Below, piece by piece: positions 30,914-38,482 of a stretch of DNA of 64,000 nt. The stretch's first letter is position 1, and the number at the start of each line of letters is the position of its first letter. The stretch is from a virus (taxonomy: Duplodnaviria; Heunggongvirae; Uroviricota; Caudoviricetes). Location of the stretch: IMG/VR virus record IMGVR_UViG_3300032093_014924; one strand, 5' to 3'. Position numbers and translations under genes: made by a program. Under the pieces are notes generated by a model, which did no database searches, had not been told where the DNA came from, and saw only the letters and a list, made by a program, of their open reading frames with translations.

Positions 30914-31897
30914 TTACAAAATATCAGTTGATATAGAATCTTTATCAACTTCTAATTTATCGCCATTAGATTTTTTAAGTTTAAAAGTAACTTCTTTAGT
31001 GGGTTCATCACCACTTTGAGATGTAACAATAATTGTATATTCTACACCGACTTGAAAATCTCGTTCATCCATCGACCCTTGACCATAAGATTCTAAAGCA
31101 TAAGCAAAATCTTCAGAATTTACTTCACCTAAATTATCTGGAATAATAACAGATTGAGTTCCATCTTGTCCTCTATGATAATATTCTTCTTCATTAATCA
31201 TTTGTCTAATAGTTTTATTTGATTCTGTAATAATTTTATCGATTAAATTAACCAAATCACTTTCTTTAATTCTTACAACTTTTTTATTTTCATTTATTTC
31301 TTTAGAATCAGGTATAATAACAGCATATCTTCCACCCCATTCTGATGTTCTTGGTATATTTGGGTCTCCTGGGAAAGCGGATAATACAATATATTCATTA
31401 GGTATTGCAGTGCCTTTTTCATCTTTTTTTGGTCTAACGATTATTGTTAATTCATCTGTTCTAAATTGGTTTATTGGTGCTGTTGTTTTAATTGCTGGTA
31501 CTTTTATTTTATTAGGACCTTCAATTTTCTCAACTTCAGTTTCTTGAGCATTAGGTAATTTTTTAGCATCTTCTATTGGTAGTACCAAATTGTAACCAAT
31601 ATTTGGTACTTTAATATTTACTGTTCCAGTTGTATTAGCAATTTTATCAATATCATTTCTTTTATTTAATGTGTCTTGAACTATATTTAAAACATCATCA
31701 ATAGATTTAGCAAAAATAGAACCTTGACCAACTTTACCATGTACATCCTCTAATTTATCTTTTAATGACCAACCGCTAACATCTTTTGTTGGTATTGTAA
31801 CGCCTTCAGTAATTTTTCTTTTTCTAGTAGTTTCTGTGATAATTTTATCGATTAAATTAACCAATTCACTTTCTTTAATTCTTACAACTTTTTTCAT
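30914..31897 (-). CDS. leader-cassette protein 1: leader + payload A + internal second leader + payload B
   Basis: Start reassigned to 31897. Internal KKVVRIKESDLVNLIDKIITES repeats the N-terminal leader. Confidence 0.8.
   Translation of the reverse strand: MKKVVRIKESELVNLIDKIITETTRKRKITEGVTIPTKDVSGWSLKDKLEDVHGKVGQGSIFAKSIDDVLNIVQDTLNKRNDIDKIANTTGTVNIKVPNIGYNLVLPIEDAKKLPNAQETEVEKIEGPNKIKVPAIKTTAPINQFRTDELTIIVRPKKDEKGTAIPNEYIVLSAFPGDPNIPRTSEWGGRYAVIIPDSKEINENKKVVRIKESDLVNLIDKIITESNKTIRQMINEEEYYHRGQDGTQSVIIPDNLGEVNSEDFAYALESYGQGSMDERDFQVGVEYTIIVTSQSGDEPTKEVTFKLKKSNGDKLEVDKDSISTDIL
31225..31291 (-). repeat. internal partial copy of the leader-coding repeat
   Basis: ctgtaataattttatcgattaaattaaccaaatcactttctttaattcttacaactttttt nearly matches the leader DNA. 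Confidence 0.9.
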
Positions 31898-31950
31898 ATC
31901 TTTTTTATGTTTTATAATAAATACATTAAGAAAAAAAAAAACCACAAATA
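31798..31950 (-). repeat. ~154-bp cassette repeat copy A
   Basis: Near-identical to copies B and C. Confidence 0.95.
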
Positions 31951-31963
31951 TTTGTGGTTTTTT
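31931..31963 (-). terminator. rho-independent terminator after nrdA C-terminal gene
   Basis: AAAAAACCACAAA-TA-TTTGTGGTTTTTTTTTTT on the minus strand. Confidence 0.8.
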
Positions 31964-31985
31964 GTTTGTGTTATTTATTATTATT

Positions 31986-33080
31986 TTAACTTGAACAACC
32001 AAAACATTCAAATTGACTGTCGGTTGGTTTTTTGGTAACGGTTATTTGTGTTGAAGCTAATTTTGTATTAGTGTCAAGCTTTGATTTTGTTCTAGTATAA
32101 TAAACACCAGTTTTTAATCCACCTTTCCAAGCATACATTAATGCACTGGCAATTTTACCATATTTAGCATCAGAATGATAAACATTTAATGACTGTGATT
32201 GGTCAACATATTTGTTTCTAATTATAGCTAAATCTAATAAAACTCTTTGTGGTATTTCCCATACATCTTTATACCTATACCTAACCTCTTCAGGTATTTC
32301 AGTAATGTTCTGTATACTTCCCTTATTCTTAATAACCTTATCAATCATTTCAACATCCCAAAGATTATTTTCAAGCAATTCATTAACAAGATATTTGTTG
32401 ATAACCAAAAACTCACCTTGACCAACACGCCTTGTAAATAAATTTGATGTTACAGGTTCAAATGATTCAAAAACACCTAATAAAATCGCACTGGTAGCTG
32501 TAGGCATTAATCCTAATAACAAACTGTTATACAATGGTATTGGTTCTCCATTTGGTTTTGGTGACCATCCTTCAATATATGTTTCACCCTTTGAATATAA
32601 ACTACCTTCCCAAGCTGGATAATTAACACCAAGTTCTTCAGCAATTGTCATTGATTCAATAATTGCTGATTTATACATTGTTTCAAATATCTTATGTGTC
32701 CATTCTTTAGCTTCTTCACTTTCAAAAGATATTTTTTTCTTTGCAAAGAAATCAGCTAAACCAGCTACACCAATTGCTAATGCTCTTTGTTCTAAACCAG
32801 CAGATTCGCTCCATTCATCACTCCATTTATTTTTATTTATAACCTCATTTAATCCTCTAACCAATATCTTTGTTGATGTTTCTATTGTATCAATATCATC
32901 ATGTTCAGATAAATTAATTGATGCTAATGTGCATTGAGATGTTTTTCTTGGTGAGCTGGCCTGGAAAATTTCTGCACAGTTGTGGATAAGTATTCCATTT
33001 GCAAAAAAATTATTATTACCATCTATCGTTAAATCATATACTGGTAATGTTGTCTCGATTTTTCTTATTTTAATCCCCAT
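31986..33080 (-). CDS. nrdA: split-intein C-fragment (34 aa) fused to ribonucleotide reductase class Ia alpha C-terminal part
   Basis: MGIKIRKIETTLPVYDLTIDGNNNFFANGILIHN|CAEIF, then CTLASINL, ALAIGVAGLAD, LMPTATSA, DQSQSLN, GLKTGVYYTR, C-terminal ECFGCSS. Confidence 0.96.
   Translation of the reverse strand: MGIKIRKIETTLPVYDLTIDGNNNFFANGILIHNCAEIFQASSPRKTSQCTLASINLSEHDDIDTIETSTKILVRGLNEVINKNKWSDEWSESAGLEQRALAIGVAGLADFFAKKKISFESEEAKEWTHKIFETMYKSAIIESMTIAEELGVNYPAWEGSLYSKGETYIEGWSPKPNGEPIPLYNSLLLGLMPTATSAILLGVFESFEPVTSNLFTRRVGQGEFLVINKYLVNELLENNLWDVEMIDKVIKNKGSIQNITEIPEEVRYRYKDVWEIPQRVLLDLAIIRNKYVDQSQSLNVYHSDAKYGKIASALMYAWKGGLKTGVYYTRTKSKLDTNTKLASTQITVTKKPTDSQFECFGCSS
32979..33080 (-). mobile_element. 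split intein IntC (34 aa)
   Basis: Block F VYDLTI..NNNFFANG and block G terminal HN, followed by Cys+1. Confidence 0.95.
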
Positions 33081-33081
33081 A

Positions 33082-34119
33082 TTATTTTATTATTTCATTT
33101 ATGTTTGTTAATACTTTTTTTAGGTATACGTATCTTATTTTATTTTCATTACAATATTTTTTAGCGGCATTAATTTTCATTTCTTCATTTAATTTTCCTT
33201 TTACACCCCTAATAAACCCTTTAATCTCTAATAATATTTTTTCACCATTATATTCGATTAAAAAATCTGGTAAGTATAACGTACCGTTTTCCTTTTCAAT
33301 ATAAAAAGGTTCATAACTATATATTATATTATTTAGTTCTAAAAATTCTATTGTTTTAAATTCCCAAGAACTTCTATACCTTATTATACTTTTATTTAAA
33401 CAATTCTTTACTTTAATAAAACCAGTTTTAAAGAATTTTGTTGACCCCATATTTTCATTCCTATTCATGCTAATAGTTGATATTATTGACATCATTTTTG
33501 TGTGTATAGTATTTATATTTTCATCACATATATTAATATCATTAATTTCATTCTTAAAGTTTAAAAATATCGTTTCATTTAAATATTTATTAGATTTTAA
33601 AAAATTTTTAACCTTTTTTATCTTATATTGTTTTGATTTTCTTAAATCTGAAATTGTTAATCCATATAATTTATTTATTTCATCTTCCGTTTTTAATGTT
33701 GTATCTATGTTTTTATTATTTAAAAATTTTATTTTAAAATTAATACTAGAGTTTTGAATTTTTTTTGTTTCTCTAAACGAATCGCCTCTATTAATACCCT
33801 TCATTTTTATTTTCATCTTTTCAGAATGTTCTGGTCTTAATTTACCTTTACTATGATAACCCTTAAAAAAATTAACGCAGTCATCAGGCCATGCAAATCT
33901 ACCGTTCTTCCATATTTTTAATATGTTGTTATTTGAGTAACAATTCTTAAAATTATCAAATGTTAATACGTTATTTAAATATAAGTTTTTCAAAGCTTTG
34001 TGTTTTTGATATACATCTTTTATTATTTTATCAATATATTTAATTAATTCTGAATCAAATAACGTTATAAAATCTTTGTTATTAATTAATTCATTTATTT
34101 TTGTGTGTTTTTTTATCAT
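33082..34119 (-). CDS. free-standing putative homing endonuclease (TnsA-like PD-(D/E)XK domain, NUMOD3-like DNA-binding segment)
   Basis: C-term YRSSWE..YEP..YLPDFLI..LLEIKG; KGKLRPEHSEKMKIKMKG; lies between the two nrdA/intein halves. Confidence 0.82.
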   Translation of the reverse strand: MIKKHTKINELINNKDFITLFDSELIKYIDKIIKDVYQKHKALKNLYLNNVLTFDNFKNCYSNNNILKIWKNGRFAWPDDCVNFFKGYHSKGKLRPEHSEKMKIKMKGINRGDSFRETKKIQNSSINFKIKFLNNKNIDTTLKTEDEINKLYGLTISDLRKSKQYKIKKVKNFLKSNKYLNETIFLNFKNEINDINICDENINTIHTKMMSIISTISMNRNENMGSTKFFKTGFIKVKNCLNKSIIRYRSSWEFKTIEFLELNNIIYSYEPFYIEKENGTLYLPDFLIEYNGEKILLEIKGFIRGVKGKLNEEMKINAAKKYCNENKIRYVYLKKVLTNINEIIK

Positions 34120-34171
34120 ATAAATTGGTCTTTTTAATAAATATTTTAATTTATTAAAAAGACCAATTTAT
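34120..34171 (-). promoter_or_regulatory. perfect 23-bp hairpin ending at -1 of the endonuclease start, with a TATTTAT late-promoter-like motif at 34143-34137
   Basis: Arms 34120-34142 and 34149-34171 are exact reverse complements with a 6-nt loop. Confidence 0.88.
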
Positions 34172-34178
34172 GTTTAGG

Positions 34179-35660
34179 TTATTGTAATATTTTTAACATA
34201 TCGTTTTCAATTAAGTCTTTAGCCATAACATACCCTCTATTAATTGTATATATTTTATGTTCTGGTGTGCATATTAGTTTTTTATTTGTTTTATCATCTA
34301 TTATTTCTAAAACTTCTGCATCTTTACTAGTCATAGCTGATGCTAATAGCTGTTTGTATTCTATAATATCGTTTTCAATATTATAAGATTTAACTAATAT
34401 ATTCTTATTGACTTTAAATAATTCATTTAATGTTTTGATATCAACCTTATGTTCTTCATTATCTAAAATTATGTCTATTATTGAATCTTCAGATATGCAT
34501 AGATTACTCATTTTAATTGGACCAATATTTGATTGCATATTTCTTTTGTTAGCGTTGTCTTTATACATAACATAAGGTCTGCCACTCTCAACTTGAGATT
34601 TAATAATAGAGTCAAATATTTCTTTAGGATTTACTTTCTTACCTATACCTAGATTAACAGCTTTTTCATACTCTTCATTAAATTCAGTACCATATAAATC
34701 ATATAATGGTCTTAATCCAGCTTTTTTAATATCATTAGGACAAAATAAATACCAATCACCACCAGTTTCTAATCTCTCCATAAACAAATCATTTATTACA
34801 ACAGCTGTAAATAAATCACGTGTTCTTAATTGTTCATCCCCAATTGGTAATGTTAATTCTAAGAAATCAATAATATCTTTATGCCAAACAGATAAATATA
34901 AAGCGCAACTACCAGAACGAGAACCTTGTTTATAAAATCTCATTTTTGATTGTACCATGTCAGCAAATCTAACAATACCACCAGCATTACCTTGAAAAGA
35001 TTCTACAACACTTTCTTTGCTTCTTAATGGGTCAACCAATAACCCAATACCAGAACCTTCTTTAGATGCTGCTGATATCATCGTTAATGTGTTTTCTATT
35101 TCTTGAAAGCTATCCCCTTCTAAATGTGTTAAGTTACAAGAAATCATACCACCTCGTTTATCAATACCAGCATTGGTATAAATTGGTGTGGCAAAATTAA
35201 TTCTTTTTAAATTAAGCTCATTTATTAAATTATTTCTTAACTCTTCATTATCACCATGTAAATGATTTGCAACCCTTTCATACATACATGATGGTAATTC
35301 AATAGGGTTTTTATTAGAATCTCTTTTAGAATATTTAGTTAAAAAAGTTGTTGCAGCAAAAAAATCATATGTTAAATCAACTGGTTTTAATTCTTTACCA
35401 ATTAATTTAGATTGTCTACTTAATAAAATCCTACCACCAAGTAATGAATAATCTGGGTGTTGTATTATCTTGTCAGCCGCTTTAAACGCTATTATCTCGT
35501 CAATCTCAGTTGTTGTTATGTTATCCGTTATCAATGGTATAACCTCTTGAAATAATGAATCAGAATCAATTTTTAATCCATTTGATTGACCTTTTATTCT
35601 ACTTAGAATCTTATTTGGCATAAATGCCTGTGTCGTTTTATCTCTCTTTAATATTCTCAT
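34179..35660 (-). CDS. nrdA: ribonucleotide reductase class Ia alpha N-terminal part fused to split-intein N-fragment (106 aa)
   Basis: ATP-cone-like start, FATPIYTNAG, ISCNL, QGSRSGSCALYL, ESGRPY, then KMSNL|CISEDS...CTPEHKIYTINRGYVMAKDL...stop. Confidence 0.96.
   Translation of the reverse strand: MRILKRDKTTQAFMPNKILSRIKGQSNGLKIDSDSLFQEVIPLITDNITTTEIDEIIAFKAADKIIQHPDYSLLGGRILLSRQSKLIGKELKPVDLTYDFFAATTFLTKYSKRDSNKNPIELPSCMYERVANHLHGDNEELRNNLINELNLKRINFATPIYTNAGIDKRGGMISCNLTHLEGDSFQEIENTLTMISAASKEGSGIGLLVDPLRSKESVVESFQGNAGGIVRFADMVQSKMRFYKQGSRSGSCALYLSVWHKDIIDFLELTLPIGDEQLRTRDLFTAVVINDLFMERLETGGDWYLFCPNDIKKAGLRPLYDLYGTEFNEEYEKAVNLGIGKKVNPKEIFDSIIKSQVESGRPYVMYKDNANKRNMQSNIGPIKMSNLCISEDSIIDIILDNEEHKVDIKTLNELFKVNKNILVKSYNIENDIIEYKQLLASAMTSKDAEVLEIIDDKTNKKLICTPEHKIYTINRGYVMAKDLIENDMLKILQ
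34182..34499 (-). mobile_element. split intein IntN (106 aa)
   Basis: Starts at Cys1 (codon 34499-34497); block B TPEH; ends at a stop codon with no endonuclease domain. Confidence 0.95.
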
Positions 35661-35667
35661 ATAATTA

Positions 35668-35699
35668 CAAATTTACTACTTTTTTTTAAATATAACAAA
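35668..35699 (-). promoter_or_regulatory. Bacteroidota-type promoter for nrdA (TTTG-N20-TAAATTTG)
   Basis: Exact 20-nt spacing; ATG 7 nt downstream of the -7 element. Confidence 0.8.
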
Positions 35700-35772
35700 G
35701 AAACAAATAACAAATAAAATATAAAAAAAAAATTATTATTTATAAAAAATCAATACTTTTTTTCTTTTAACA

Positions 35773-35779
35773 TATTTAT
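35773..35779 (+). promoter_or_regulatory. putative late promoter motif TATTTAT upstream of the tail tube gene
   Basis: Same motif recurs upstream of many structural genes, in the sense orientation. Confidence 0.45.
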
Positions 35780-35834
35780 TATTAACAATAACAAAAATAA
35801 AAAAATAACAATTAACTAAAAAAAATAAATTACT

Positions 35835-36323
35835 ATGGCCGATTTACTCATGAAAATGCCACTACCTTATGAACCTAAAAGAAAAAATAGGTGGCTTATT
35901 ACTTTTCCAGCAGATTTAGGTATTCAACAATGGTGGTTGTCTTCAGCTTCAAGACCATCAATAACACAAAATGAAACTGAAATAGCATTTTTAAATACCT
36001 CAACTTGGGTTGTGGGTCGTTTTAATTGGGAAGCTATTGATGTTACTTTCCGTGACCCTATCGGACCTTCAGCTTCTCAAGCTATTATGGAATGGGTTCG
36101 TTTACACTCAGAATCAATTACTGGTAGACAAGGTTATGCAGTTGGTTATAAAAGACCTGTAGAATTGGAAATGCTTGACCCTACTGGTGTTGTGGTTGAA
36201 AAATGGTTACTTGATGGTACTATGTTAACTAACGTTAATTTTGGTGACCTTTCTTTTGAAGATGATGGTATTGCTGAAATTACAGCAACTTTAAGATTTG
36301 ATAGAGCAATACTCCTTTTTTGA
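35835..36323 (+). CDS. tail tube protein (T4 gp19-like)
   Basis: YEPKRKNRW, ASRPSIT, GRFNWEAIDVTFRDP, MEWVRL, TGRQGYAVGYK, LEMLDPTGVVVEKW, TLRFDRA. Confidence 0.92.
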   Translation: MADLLMKMPLPYEPKRKNRWLITFPADLGIQQWWLSSASRPSITQNETEIAFLNTSTWVVGRFNWEAIDVTFRDPIGPSASQAIMEWVRLHSESITGRQGYAVGYKRPVELEMLDPTGVVVEKWLLDGTMLTNVNFGDLSFEDDGIAEITATLRFDRAILLF

Positions 36324-36359
36324 TTTTTTGATTATCAACTACTTACGTATTTTTTTAAT

Positions 36360-36389
36360 AAAAACTCTTTCAAACGAAAGAGTTTTTTT
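36360..36389. terminator. bidirectional rho-independent terminator between convergent genes
   Basis: AAAAACTCTTTC-AAAC-GAAAGAGTTTTTTT. Confidence 0.82.
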
Positions 36390-36409
36390 ATTTTAATATA
36401 ATTAAGTGT

Positions 36410-36493
36410 ATGTCAGAATCAGAAATTATGTTATCTAGAGGTATAAATAAGATATATGATTGTGGTACTGTTAAATGGGTAATTAATTACTAA
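36410..36493 (+). pseudogene. 27-codon remnant resembling the C-terminus of a phage homing endonuclease (..EIM..RG..KIYDCG..KW)
   Basis: Manual translation MSESEIMLSRGINKIYDCGTVKWVINY*; family assignment (Hef-like) is from recall of the IYDCG motif only. Confidence 0.5.
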
Positions 36494-37376
36494 ACGTGTC
36501 AAAAATTTTTCTATGGAACTCATCGTAGGTTAAATCTGGTGATATTGTTACAATAGGGTTAATTTTTATTTCTAAATTTATTGGTAGTTCTTTATTTAAT
36601 ATTTTTGCTGCCATATATCTATGATGACCATCTTCTATATAAAACCCTGGTTTTTTATTTTTAATTTTTAAAAATGAGACATCAATTGGTTCTGATAAGT
36701 TTATTTTTTTAGCCCATTCTTTTGGTGATAAACCGCTTTTTTCTATTTCATATACAACATTTTCCAAATCGGCTAACCATTTTAATTTTAATTCTTTTGG
36801 TTTTAAGGTTTTAATATCTTCTTCAGAAAAACCATGTGCTAATCTATCTAATAGTTCTATTGATAAACCACCACTTCTAAGTAATTGTTCTGATGTTTCA
36901 TATTTTGATAATTCTTTTTTTAAATCATTAATGTATAAATCATTTTTAAATTTAAAAACATCATTATATAATGTGTTTTCAGTTATTAGTTCGTCAAAAA
37001 TAACATCCCATTTGGTTAGAGGTATCCACCCATATTTTGTTTTTATTTCTAATTTATTTACTGGGATATTTTCAAATGTTATATATTCATCACCTTTATT
37101 ATTTTTTATTCTGTTAGACAATTCAAAATCATCAGTTAAAATTGTTCTTAATATTACCATTCTATCTTTACCACCTTTAGACATGGCATAATATTTTGCA
37201 TAATCAATATCGTTTGTGAAGCTAATTGAAGGTTTTATTTCACCAACATTATTTGTTTTAATATAACCATCTTTTTTTATATTGTTTGCAGCACCTTTAC
37301 TAGTCCCATGATAAAGATAAATCTGTTCATTATTATTGGTAATTTCCCTTAATAGTTTTCTTATTAGTTGTTTCAT
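36483..37376 (-). CDS. leader-bearing protein: ADP-ribosyltransferase-like domain + ParB/Srx-like domain
   Basis: MKQLIRKLLRE leader; LYHGT..SISFT..YAKYYA..DEY; internal LITE; IEDGHHRYMAA. Confidence 0.72.
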   Translation of the reverse strand: MKQLIRKLLREITNNNEQIYLYHGTSKGAANNIKKDGYIKTNNVGEIKPSISFTNDIDYAKYYAMSKGGKDRMVILRTILTDDFELSNRIKNNKGDEYITFENIPVNKLEIKTKYGWIPLTKWDVIFDELITENTLYNDVFKFKNDLYINDLKKELSKYETSEQLLRSGGLSIELLDRLAHGFSEEDIKTLKPKELKLKWLADLENVVYEIEKSGLSPKEWAKKINLSEPIDVSFLKIKNKKPGFYIEDGHHRYMAAKILNKELPINLEIKINPIVTISPDLTYDEFHRKIFDTFSN

Positions 37377-37391
37377 TTATCTTTTTTTTTA

Positions 37392-37901
37392 TTAAAATAA
37401 ATCAATATAATATTTTTGGGTGAATTCTTCTATTTTAAATAGGGTTCTGTTCATATCATTTATTATTCTATCTAATTCGTTTTTTGGTATTTCTTCATTA
37501 TTTTTTACCATTATTTCTTTATTATAAGATAGGGTTTCATTTAAACCTTTCATCGCAATAATAAAAACTCTAAATGTTAAATCATCCATTTCTTTTGGTT
37601 GCATTGTATGAAATTGATTTTTTATAATAAATTTATGAAACGTATTATCATTTATTTTATGTGGGTAATAAATGATTTCAGATGAGATGTTTAACTGTGG
37701 GAATTTTATTATTTCATCACCCATCATCATTGTTACGTTTTCATTATAAACTACTCTTTGTGCTTCTAATCTTTTTTCGTCTCTAGGGTGTTTAAATATA
37801 TTATATTCTTTAAGAAAAGGGATTCTTTTAATTAATATATCTTTAATATTATTGTTTGATTCTAAGTTTTCTCTTAGTAATTTTTTAATTAATTTTTTCA
37901 T
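37392..37901 (-). CDS. leader-bearing hypothetical protein
   Basis: Start moved to MKKLIKKLLRENLE (37901), just after the upstream stop. Confidence 0.75.
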   Translation of the reverse strand: MKKLIKKLLRENLESNNNIKDILIKRIPFLKEYNIFKHPRDEKRLEAQRVVYNENVTMMMGDEIIKFPQLNISSEIIYYPHKINDNTFHKFIIKNQFHTMQPKEMDDLTFRVFIIAMKGLNETLSYNKEIMVKNNEEIPKNELDRIINDMNRTLFKIEEFTQKYYIDLF

Positions 37902-37905
37902 GTTA

Positions 37906-38481
37906 TTAATGGTCTCCGACAATAGCGTTAATTGGTTTTTTTAATTCTTCACCATTTATTTTAATTATTTTCACATTAGTACCTTTATTTAGCGCACATT
38001 CCCATTGGTCTTCACCATACCAAATAAATGAATGAAACCCATAAATCCAATCTATATCTTTTGGGTTAATAATAGCTTCTAATATATAAGGTTCACCCGT
38101 TTTCATCATTTTTATATTTGGGTGTCGCTCTCCGTATGCCCCAACGCCATTTTCATCAAATGACCAATGCTTACCTATATCTTTTATATCTAAATCTTTT
38201 ATAGAATTTAATTTAATTAATCTATAAATTGTTATTTTATTACTGTTTTTTAATTCATTATATTTATCAACATATAGTTCTATTCTTTCTATATAATTAT
38301 CTCTAGAGTATTCTGCTTGTATATCATTTTTATCTTCTTCATACGCATCAAAAGATTCAGCAACGTCTTCTATATTTTCATAAGCGTATTTTGTCGCTGT
38401 TTCGTAGTTAGATAAAAATGAATCATATTCATTATATTCATTTAAATTTTCTCTTAATATTTTTTTAATTAAATTTTTCAC
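37906..38481 (-). CDS. leader-bearing R-S-E-type ADP-ribosyltransferase-like protein
   Basis: MKNLIKKILRENLNE leader (GTG start); TIYR, GKHWSFD, EDQWE in ART strand order. Confidence 0.6.
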   Translation of the reverse strand: MKNLIKKILRENLNEYNEYDSFLSNYETATKYAYENIEDVAESFDAYEEDKNDIQAEYSRDNYIERIELYVDKYNELKNSNKITIYRLIKLNSIKDLDIKDIGKHWSFDENGVGAYGERHPNIKMMKTGEPYILEAIINPKDIDWIYGFHSFIWYGEDQWECALNKGTNVKIIKINGEELKKPINAIVGDH

Positions 38482-38482
38482 G

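Noticed and set aside
29991-31950. Repeats as a CRISPR array or DGR template/variable pair
   Set aside because: Units are ~154 bp and protein-coding, with gaps of hundreds of bp. There are no cas genes, no reverse transcriptase and no adenine-specific mismatch pattern.
33082-34178. Group I intron interrupting nrdA
   Set aside because: The insert is almost entirely one ORF with no room for an intron core, and the flanking intein motifs fully explain the split.
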